A DNA stretch of 16,722 nucleotides from Candidatus Iainarchaeum sp. GTDB taxonomy: Archaea > Iainarchaeota > Iainarchaeia > Iainarchaeales > CSSED10-239. The DNA is taken from assembly GCA_028700905.1 (NCBI GenBank), contig JAQVRT010000009.1, forward strand, positions 1 to 16,722, in the 5' to 3' direction. The stretch's first letter is position 1. Each line of letters starts with the position of its first letter. This document shows, one piece after another, positions 1 through 6,576 of the stretch. Position numbers and translations under genes: made by a program. The notes beneath the pieces were generated by a model that saw nothing but the letters and a program-made list of their open reading frames with translations, was not told the DNA's origin and made no database searches.

Positions 1-420
1 ATCAATATATTTCCCTCTTAACAATTCTTTTCCTTCTTGGGTTAATATTTTTTCATAGTTGTCCACTTGATATCCTGTAACACTTAATTGTCTTTCTTCT
101 TTTGAAAATTTAGATATTGTTTGTGAATTTAAATATCCTGTTGCAAAATCAACTTCTCCAATTCTTTCAATTTCTTTAACATCATCTAAAGTTAATCCTT
201 TATTTGAACCTTGTCCCATCATAGAATATTTTGATGAAATTGTTATTTTTTGTGCACCAGTTTTTGAGAATTCTTCAGTTATCCCTGATTTTAAACCTTC
301 TGAAAGAGACATTAATGAAACTATTGCAATTACACCTACAATTATACCAATGATTGTTAAATAACTTCTAAGTTTTCTTCTTCTTAGGTTCATTATTACA
401 AAAGGTATTATTTTTTTCAT
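1..420 (-). CDS. ABC transporter permease, MacB/FtsX-like; N-terminal 140 codons only (gene runs off the window start)
   Basis: This gene is not in the ORF track because it is truncated by the window edge. A reverse-strand ATG at 420-418 opens a stop-free frame down to position 1. It translates as MKKIIPFVIMNLRRRKLRSYLTIIGIIVGVIAIVSLMSLSEGLKSGITEEFSKTGAQKITISSKYSMMGQGSNKGLTLDDVKEIERIGEVDFATGYLNSQ... The basic N-terminus, the LRS-x-LT-x-x-GI-x-x-GV-x-A TM1 signature and the soluble extracytoplasmic segment that follows are typical of MacB-type permeases. The start lies 21 nt downstream of the stop of the ABC ATPase gene on the same strand. Confidence 0.7.
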   Translation of the reverse strand, partial: MKKIIPFVIMNLRRRKLRSYLTIIGIIVGVIAIVSLMSLSEGLKSGITEEFSKTGAQKITISSKYSMMGQGSNKGLTLDDVKEIERIGEVDFATGYLNSQTISKFSKEERQLSVTGYQVDNYEKILTQEGKELLRGKYID

Positions 421-441
421 GTTTTATCTTTTATTTTTTTT

Positions 442-1146
442 CTATTCTGGTTTGTTTTTTTTATCTTCTATTATTTTACCATCTTTTAAAGTAATTATTC
501 TCTTTGCATTTTTTGCAACATTTAAATCATGTGTAATAATTATTATTGTTTTTCCAATATTATTTAATTTTTTAAAAAGATTAATTATTTCTTTTGAAGA
601 TTTAGAATCAAGTGCACCTGTAGGTTCATCTCCTAAAATTATTTCAGGATCATTTGCTAGAGCTCTTGCAATTGCAACTCTTTGTTGTTGACCTCCAGAA
701 AGCTCTGTTTGTTTGTGATTTATTCTATCTTGAAGTCCTACAATTTCAAGCAAATTTATACATCTTTTATTATATTCTTCTTCAGTTTCATCGTTTTCTT
801 GAAAAAGAATAGGTAATCTTACATTTTCAAAAGCAGTTAATGTTGAGATTAAATAAAAATCTTGAAAAACAAAACCAATTGTTTTTCCTCTAAGATTTGA
901 AAGTTGATTTTCTGAAAATTTATTTAATTTTTGTTTTTTAATATAAATTTCTCCTTTTGATGGAAGATCAAGAGCTCCAATTAAATGCATCATTGTTGAT
1001 TTTCCTGAACCTGACGCGCCCATAATTGCAACAAATTCTTTTGGATATATTTCTAATGAGACATCATTTACAGCTTTAACTTCAACATCTCCCATCTTGT
1101 ATATTTTAGATACATTCTTAAGTTCTACAATTGGTTTATCTTTCAT
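442..1146 (-). CDS. ABC transporter ATP-binding subunit (MacB/LolD-type)
   Basis: 234-aa ORF with Walker A GASGSGKST, Q-loop FVFQDF, ABC signature LSGGQQQRVAIARAL, Walker B IILGDEPTGALD and H-loop ITHD. It is followed on the same strand by a MacB-like permease gene. Confidence 0.93.
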   Translation of the reverse strand: MKDKPIVELKNVSKIYKMGDVEVKAVNDVSLEIYPKEFVAIMGASGSGKSTMMHLIGALDLPSKGEIYIKKQKLNKFSENQLSNLRGKTIGFVFQDFYLISTLTAFENVRLPILFQENDETEEEYNKRCINLLEIVGLQDRINHKQTELSGGQQQRVAIARALANDPEIILGDEPTGALDSKSSKEIINLFKKLNNIGKTIIIITHDLNVAKNAKRIITLKDGKIIEDKKNKPE

Positions 1147-1258
1147 GTTTATTCTTTCTTTTAAGTATAAAAATAGTATATATTATATGTATCTATATCA
1201 TTATAAATATTTTGGTACTTAATTATTAAGTAAGAATTTTTAAAGGTGAAATGATATT

Positions 1259-2314
1259 ATGTTAGATCAAATTTTTTTAGGAAATACAGTTAAAGATTAT
1301 TTATGGTTTTTGTTTTTTATATTGTTAGGGTTTATTGTAAGTGGAATAATAGTCTTTATAAGTAAACGTTTTTTAACAAGATTATCAAACTTTACAAAAA
1401 ATAAAGTTGATGATATTATTTCAAGAATATTATCAAAACCTTTACCTTTTAAGATTGTTATTTTAACAATATTTTTTAATATTGGTTTTGCAAGATTATC
1501 TGTTTCTGCATGGTGGGATACTGCAATTAAGCAAGTATCTTTTTTAATCTATGTTTTAGCAGTTACTTTATTTTTAATAAAATTTTTCATAGGTCTTATT
1601 GAAGAATATTTTGAAACTTATGCTGAAAAAACAGATTCTAAATATGATGATCAATTAATCCCTTTATTAAAATCTTTAATAAAAATATTTTTGTTTATTA
1701 TAGCAGTTCTTTTAGTTTTATCAAATTTTGGATATAATATAAGTGCTTTACTTGCAGGTCTTGGAATTGGTGGTCTTGCACTTGCAATGGCATCTAAAGA
1801 TATTGTTGAAAATTTCTTAGCGGGAATTGTTATATTTATTGAAAAACCATTTAAGATAGATGATGTATTAACTACAAAAGATGGAGCTGGTACTGTTGAA
1901 GAAATTGGTATCAGATCAACAAAGGTAAGAACTTTTGATAATACATTAATTGTGGTTCCAAATAGAGAATTATCTTCTTTTGCTGTTGAAAATATTTCTC
2001 AAAGAAGAGCAAGAAAAGAAAATTTTACTCTTGGTTTAACTTACGGTACTTCTTTAAAGAAAATGGAAGAGGGTAAGAAAATTGTTACAAACATTTTAAA
2101 TAAAAATAAAAATGTTGAAAAAGATTCTTTTTATGTAACTTTTGAGTCTTTTGGAGATTTTTCATTAAATATAAGAGTTATTTACTGGATTCCTGGAAAT
2201 TATGATGTTTATATGAAAACAAAAGATGAAGTAAATACTGCAATTAAAAAAGAATTTGAAAAAGCAAAAATTGACTTTGCATTACCAACACAAACAATTG
2301 AGCTTAAAAAATAA
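1259..2314 (+). CDS. MscS-family small-conductance mechanosensitive channel
   Basis: 351-aa ORF with N-terminal TM helices. The characteristic pore-helix/beta-domain region is present: GLGIGGLALAMASKDIVENFLAGIVIFIEKPFKIDDVLTTKDGAGTVEEIGIRSTKVRTFDNTLIVVPNRELSS. A Shine-Dalgarno-like AGGTGA at 1245-1250 lies 8 nt before the ATG. Confidence 0.85.
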   Translation: MLDQIFLGNTVKDYLWFLFFILLGFIVSGIIVFISKRFLTRLSNFTKNKVDDIISRILSKPLPFKIVILTIFFNIGFARLSVSAWWDTAIKQVSFLIYVLAVTLFLIKFFIGLIEEYFETYAEKTDSKYDDQLIPLLKSLIKIFLFIIAVLLVLSNFGYNISALLAGLGIGGLALAMASKDIVENFLAGIVIFIEKPFKIDDVLTTKDGAGTVEEIGIRSTKVRTFDNTLIVVPNRELSSFAVENISQRRARKENFTLGLTYGTSLKKMEEGKKIVTNILNKNKNVEKDSFYVTFESFGDFSLNIRVIYWIPGNYDVYMKTKDEVNTAIKKEFEKAKIDFALPTQTIELKK

Positions 2315-2318
2315 ATTT

Positions 2319-2936
2319 ATGAGCTTTAAAATAGAGGTTCCTGAAAAAACTTTTCAGGACCCTAATGATTTCTATACTGAAGATGAATCAAATAGATATA
2401 ATCAAAGCAGTGGAATGAAAAAAACACAAGAAGAGTTAACTGAAATTGCACTATCTTTATCTTCTCCTTTCTCAAATAACCTCTCTTTATCTGTTTTAGA
2501 CATAGGGTGTGGAACTGGTTTTTCTTTAGAATATTTAAAAACTAAAGGTTATTTGTCTTTAAAAGGAATTGATCCTTCAAGAGAAATGATTAAAATTGCA
2601 AAATCTAAAAAATTAGATGTAAAGATTGGTGGGTTTCAAGATTTATCTAAAATTTATGAAAAATATGACTTAATTCTTTCAATTTCTGCACTTCAGTGGG
2701 TAATTTCAAATAAATCTGAAATTGAAATTAAAAATATTATTAAAAAAATTGCAAAAGATCTTAAAAAAATATTAAAAGAAGATGGAATTTCTATTTTTCA
2801 ATTTTATCCTGATTCTGAATTTGTTTTTCAGACTGTTTTTAATGCTTTTAAAAGGTTATTTATAAATACTGAGATGTTCATTTATAATTCTGATTCTTTA
2901 AAAAAAAGAAAATTTTTTCTAATTATTAAATCATAA
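2319..2936 (+). CDS. Class I SAM-dependent methyltransferase, Bud23/WBSCR22-like (candidate small-subunit rRNA methyltransferase)
   Basis: I chose the ATG at 2319 (MSFKIEVPEK...) because the track ORF start at 2256 would overlap the MscS gene by 59 nt. Motif I is VLDIGCGTGFS. The protein is collinear with yeast Bud23 as I recall it: FY-x-x-x-E-x-x-x-Y near the N-terminus, LSISALQWV versus ISISAIQWL, ISIFQFYP versus FVAQFYP, and a C-terminal KKRKFFLII versus KKNKKYYLVL. It lacks the long Lys-rich eukaryotic C-terminal tail. Confidence 0.72.
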   Translation: MSFKIEVPEKTFQDPNDFYTEDESNRYNQSSGMKKTQEELTEIALSLSSPFSNNLSLSVLDIGCGTGFSLEYLKTKGYLSLKGIDPSREMIKIAKSKKLDVKIGGFQDLSKIYEKYDLILSISALQWVISNKSEIEIKNIIKKIAKDLKKILKEDGISIFQFYPDSEFVFQTVFNAFKRLFINTEMFIYNSDSLKKRKFFLIIKS

Positions 2937-2937
2937 G

Positions 2938-2953
2938 TTTTTTTTGTTTTTTT
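2938..2953 (+). terminator. Oligo-T tract (T8-G-T7), candidate archaeal-type intrinsic terminator for the MscS/methyltransferase unit
   Basis: TTTTTTTTGTTTTTTT starts 2 nt after the TAA stop at 2934-2936. Archaeal RNA polymerase is known to terminate at oligo-T runs. The tract stands out even against this AT-rich background. Confidence 0.4.
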
Positions 2954-3107
2954 AAAAAGAAATGTTTATAAATATAATATACAACATATAATAGTAAATT
3001 TAGTATTTAAATTTAAGAAATTTTTACAAATCAACACAGTTATTTCCTAAACTTTTCAAAATTTCTTTAAAATTATTAAATAATTGTATATGAGGTTAAG
3101 AATAATT

Positions 3108-5684
3108 ATGACAGAAAAGAAAAAAAGAAATAGATACTTGAAACTAAGTATTTTAGGTGTTCTATTAATTGCTATTGCTTTTTTAGCAACTGCATATGTT
3201 AGTGGTAAAACTGTTGTTGAAGATGAGATTTATTTCCAATGGGTATCTCACACAGAATATTGGAGAGAAGATTATGGTTCAACTATTGTAAGATTATCAG
3301 ACTATAAAGGTAATCCTTATCCAATAGATGAATGTAGAGTAACAATTTTATACCCAGACAAATCTGTTTTTATTGATGATCAGCCAATGTATGAATCAAA
3401 TATCGCAGGTAACTGGTATAGAACAGATTATTTAGGTGGTGCTCCTTTAGGTACTTATGAACAAGAAGTAACTTGTAGAAGTGGAGCAACAATTGTTAAA
3501 AGTTCACAATCTTTCCACTTAAATCCTGCACTTGAACAAGTAAGTGTATTAACAGAAAAATCAGATAATTTAGATTTAAGACTTGCAGATGTTAATGTTT
3601 CTGTTTCTGGTCAAATTTCTGAAACTGGAGAATACATTACAACAAATTTAACAAACATGAATACTTCTTTAAATGATTTACTTGCAGATGTTAATGGAAC
3701 TCTTGCAAATCAATTACAAGAAGGAATTGTAACATTACAAACTGATCTTTCAGGTGTTGATCTTTCTTTAACAGGTACAATTTCATCAACTGGTAAAGAA
3801 ATTCAAACAAGTTTAACAAATGTTAATACAAATTTAAAAAGTCTTTTAACAAATGTTAATTCTGATATTTTAGATCAAATGGATACAAATTTTGATTCTT
3901 TAAATGCAAATTTAAATAATGTTAATTTAAATTTAACAGGTACAATTGCATCTACTGGTGAAGAAATAAATACAAATATTGATGCAACTAACACAAATTT
4001 AACTAATCTTTTAAATTCAGTTAATTCTGGTCTTTTAGATCAAATGGATTCTGATTTTAATTCATTAAATGAAAACTTAAATGATGTTAGTTTAAATTTA
4101 ACTGGAACTGTTCTTTTAACAGGAGAAGAAATTAATACAAATATTGATACTACAAACACAAATTTAACAAATCTTTTAAATTCAGTTAATTCTGGTCTTT
4201 TAGATCAAATGGAATTTGATTATAATTCTTTAACTGCAAATTTAAATGATGTTAGTTTAAATTTAACAGGTACAGTTACAGGTACAGGAGAAGAAATTAA
4301 TACAAATATTAATACTTCTACAACAAATATTTTAGATTTATTAAATGCAGTAAATAATAATTTATTAAATCAATTAGAAGAAGATTTTAATACTTCTCAA
4401 AATAATTTAGAAAATGTAAATTTAAGTTTAACTGCAAATTTAGAAGAAACTGGTGAAGAGATTAATACAAATTTAACAAATGTTTCAACTTCTTTAACTG
4501 GTCTTTTAAATACAGTTAATACAGATCTTTCAGATAAGATTGATTTAAAGTTTGCAGAATTGTCAGATCAACTTACAAATGTAAGTTTAAGTTTAAATGC
4601 AAATTTAGATGAGACTGGAGAAGAGATTAATACAAATATTTCTCTTTCAACAACTACTCTTTCAAATCTTTTAAACACAGTTAATACAGATCTTTCAGAT
4701 AAGATTGATTTAAGATTTAATCAATTGTCTGAGCAACTTACAAATGTAAGTTTAAGTTTAAATGCAAATTTAGAAGAAACTGGAGAAGAGATTAATACAA
4801 ATATTTCTCTTTCAACAACTACTCTTTCAAATCTTTTAAACACAGTTAATACAGATCTTTCAGATAAGATTGACTTAAGATTTGCAGAATTATCAAGTCA
4901 ACTTGAAAATGTTAATTTATCATTAACTGCAACTGTTACAGAAACAGGTGAAGAAATAAATACAAATTTAACAAATGTTTCAACTTCTTTAACTGATCTT
5001 TTAAATGCTGTTAATGTTAATTTATCTACTGAAATTACAGATCAATTTAATAATACAAATGCATTAATTGCACAAAAGTTTTCAGATTCAAATGATTTCC
5101 TTTCAACAAGACTTGATAATTTAGAGATTTCTGTAAATGGAACTGTTGTTTCAACAGGTCAAACTTTACAAACACAGATTACAGATGTAAATGATTCTCT
5201 TTCAAGTTTAATGACAGATTTAGTTGTAAATAATATAAATGTTCAACTAGATTTAATGCTTGAAGATTTAACAAATCAATTAACATCAATTAAACAAGAT
5301 ACTAATTGGCTTGTTTCAAATTCAATTAATCAAGAAGACATGGATGAAATTAGAAACAGATTTTCATCAGTTGATGATAATCTTGCATTAGTTGAAAATT
5401 TCTGTGGAAATCAAGATACTAACAACAGCCCATTATGTCAAGAAGTTTATAATATTAAAACAGCTGTTGAAATAATGGATCAAACACAAGCACAAAAGTT
5501 AGAAGAAATTAATCAAACTACTTTAAGTACATGGAATCTTTTAAGTGGTGAGATTAGAACAAATATTGATTCTATCTTAACTGATGTTGGTATTATTAAA
5601 GCACAAACAACTGATATCAATGCAACTGTTCATCAAATATTAGAAAATCAAGAATCAGAAATTAATATAAGAATTATTTCTTAG
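3108..5684 (+). CDS. Large N-terminally membrane-anchored repeat protein (predicted cell-surface fibrous protein); family not recognised
   Basis: I prefer the ATG at 3108 (MTEKKKRNRYLKLSILGVLLIAIAFLATAYV...), preceded by GAGGT at 3092-3096, over the track TTG start at 3084. The protein has four parts. First, a basic N-terminus and one TM helix. Second, a ~100-aa module (nt ~3234-3533) with two Cys. Third, about ten 55-aa repeats. Fourth, a ~130-aa non-repeat C-terminal region containing a C-x11-C loop (5403-5438). The repeat region is rich in Asn/Thr/Leu/Ser/Asp/Glu and carries many N-x-S/T sequons. Confidence 0.85.
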   Translation: MTEKKKRNRYLKLSILGVLLIAIAFLATAYVSGKTVVEDEIYFQWVSHTEYWREDYGSTIVRLSDYKGNPYPIDECRVTILYPDKSVFIDDQPMYESNIAGNWYRTDYLGGAPLGTYEQEVTCRSGATIVKSSQSFHLNPALEQVSVLTEKSDNLDLRLADVNVSVSGQISETGEYITTNLTNMNTSLNDLLADVNGTLANQLQEGIVTLQTDLSGVDLSLTGTISSTGKEIQTSLTNVNTNLKSLLTNVNSDILDQMDTNFDSLNANLNNVNLNLTGTIASTGEEINTNIDATNTNLTNLLNSVNSGLLDQMDSDFNSLNENLNDVSLNLTGTVLLTGEEINTNIDTTNTNLTNLLNSVNSGLLDQMEFDYNSLTANLNDVSLNLTGTVTGTGEEINTNINTSTTNILDLLNAVNNNLLNQLEEDFNTSQNNLENVNLSLTANLEETGEEINTNLTNVSTSLTGLLNTVNTDLSDKIDLKFAELSDQLTNVSLSLNANLDETGEEINTNISLSTTTLSNLLNTVNTDLSDKIDLRFNQLSEQLTNVSLSLNANLEETGEEINTNISLSTTTLSNLLNTVNTDLSDKIDLRFAELSSQLENVNLSLTATVTETGEEINTNLTNVSTSLTDLLNAVNVNLSTEITDQFNNTNALIAQKFSDSNDFLSTRLDNLEISVNGTVVSTGQTLQTQITDVNDSLSSLMTDLVVNNINVQLDLMLEDLTNQLTSIKQDTNWLVSNSINQEDMDEIRNRFSSVDDNLALVENFCGNQDTNNSPLCQEVYNIKTAVEIMDQTQAQKLEEINQTTLSTWNLLSGEIRTNIDSILTDVGIIKAQTTDINATVHQILENQESEINIRIIS
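3597..5291 (+). repeat. In-frame tandem array of ~10 units of 165 bp (55 aa); unit 9 is 210 bp
   Basis: Unit boundaries fall at 3597, 3762, 3927, 4092, 4257, 4422, 4587, 4752, 4917 and 5127. The consensus is L-S/N-L-T-G/A-T/N-x-x-x-TGEEINTN-x-x-x-x-T-x-L-x-x-LLN-x-VN-x-x-L-x-D-x-x-D-x-x-F-x-x-L-x-x-x-L-x-NV-S/N. The period is verified by ACAGATCTTT recurring at 4521, 4686 and 4851. Units 7 and 8 share a 95-nt exact match (4614-4708 versus 4779-4873). The first and last units are degenerate. Confidence 0.92.
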
Positions 5685-5771
5685 AGATTCTGTTTTCTTT
5701 TAAATAAAATTATAGGTTTTGTGAAAACAAAACTTATTTTTTTTATTTTTTTTAATAAAAACGATCATAAA

Positions 5772-6554
5772 ATGGAAAAAGGATTTAGGCATCATAATTT
5801 TAGACATTTAAATAGTTCTAATAAAAAAATTGTTTTTTATATAGTCATAGGTATTTTAGTTATTGGTTTAATTTTATTTTTAATTTTAAGTTATAGTCAA
5901 AAAAGTGCAGAACCAGGTATTAAAATGGTATCTGGAACTGAATATATTTCAGGTGAACAAGGACAAGTAATTGTTCGTCTTGAAGATACAAGAAACATAC
6001 CAATAGAAGATGCAGATTGTATTCTTTCTCTTTTATATCCAGATAAATCTTATTTTTTAATTGATGTTCCTATGCTTCCAACCTCAGTTCCAGGGAATTA
6101 TTATCATGCTTTTACAACTCCTCAAACACCTGGTATATACGAAGAACACATTAGATGTACTGTTGTAAGAAACGATACTCCAAGAACATTAAATATTTCT
6201 TATTCTTTCCACGTATCTCCTGGACTTAATTTAATTGTTGAAATGTCTCAATCTCAAAGAGAACAATATAATGATTTAGTTGCAAAAATTAATGCCTTAG
6301 ACTCAAATGTTAGAGCTCAGATTAATTCTGTAGATATGAGATTGTATGGTATGCAAGAATATATTGATAATAATGTTATGGGTGAAATTAATACTTTAAA
6401 TCAAGATGTTCAAGATATTAATATTTCTTTAAATGATTCTGTTACTGGAATTGAAGGAAGATTAAATGATACAATGCTTAATAATTTTGAAGAACTTTAC
6501 AATAAGTTTAGAGCAAGTTATGATGCTATGGCAAACATCTTTGGTGGAGAATGA
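5772..6554 (+). CDS. Short paralogue of the repeat surface protein: N-terminal membrane anchor, shared Cys-pair module and a short helical-repeat tail
   Basis: I prefer the ATG at 5772 (MEKGFRHHNFRHLNSSNKKIVFYIVIGILVIGLILFLILSY...). The track GTG start at 5721 adds only an F/K-rich low-complexity leader. The module at nt ~5919-6227 aligns with 3234-3533 of the upstream gene. Shared elements are VS-x-TEY, IVRL-x-D, a conserved Cys, LYPDKS-x-F, PM, GN-x-Y, G-x-YE-x-x-x-x-C and S-x-SFH-x-x-P-x-L. The tail, INALDSNVRAQINSVDMRLYGMQEYIDNNVMGEINTLNQDVQDINISLNDSVTGIEGRLND, resembles the repeat chemistry of the large protein. Confidence 0.8.
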   Translation: MEKGFRHHNFRHLNSSNKKIVFYIVIGILVIGLILFLILSYSQKSAEPGIKMVSGTEYISGEQGQVIVRLEDTRNIPIEDADCILSLLYPDKSYFLIDVPMLPTSVPGNYYHAFTTPQTPGIYEEHIRCTVVRNDTPRTLNISYSFHVSPGLNLIVEMSQSQREQYNDLVAKINALDSNVRAQINSVDMRLYGMQEYIDNNVMGEINTLNQDVQDINISLNDSVTGIEGRLNDTMLNNFEELYNKFRASYDAMANIFGGE

Positions 6555-6576
6555 TTATTTTTAAAATTTTTTAGAT

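Noticed and set aside
419-691. 90-aa plus-strand ORF (MFYLLFFFYSGLFF...)
   Set aside because: It lies entirely antisense to the well-supported ABC ATPase gene. Its Phe/Ile-rich low-complexity sequence is the typical shadow of a Lys/Glu/Asn-rich gene in AT-rich DNA, and it has no motifs.
2256-2318. Upstream extension of the Bud23-like ORF, overlapping the MscS 3' end
   Set aside because: The extension (MKKQKLTLHYQHKQLSLKNKF) is just the alternative frame of the MscS C-terminus. The Bud23-like homology begins at the ATG at 2319.
3084-3107. TTG or ATG starts upstream of the 3108 ATG of the large surface protein
   Set aside because: GAGGT at 3092-3096 is best placed for the 3108 ATG, and MTEKKKRNRY plus a TM helix is a conventional anchor N-terminus. 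This cannot be excluded without N-terminal data.
3597-5291. The regular 165-bp repeats as a CRISPR array or satellite
   Set aside because: The repeats are contiguous with no unique spacers. They are in frame within one long ORF and are conserved at the protein level, so this is a coding tandem repeat.
5721-5771. GTG start extending the short paralogue by 17 residues (MKTKLIFFIFFNKNDHK)
   Set aside because: This is translation of a T/A homopolymer-rich promoter-like region. The ATG at 5772 gives a basic N-terminus plus TM helix analogous to the paralogue. The choice remains uncertain.
3108-6554. The repeat proteins as prophage tail-fibre genes
   Set aside because: There are no capsid, terminase, integrase or other viral genes in the neighbourhood. 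Both proteins have N-terminal membrane anchors, and the flanking genes are housekeeping.
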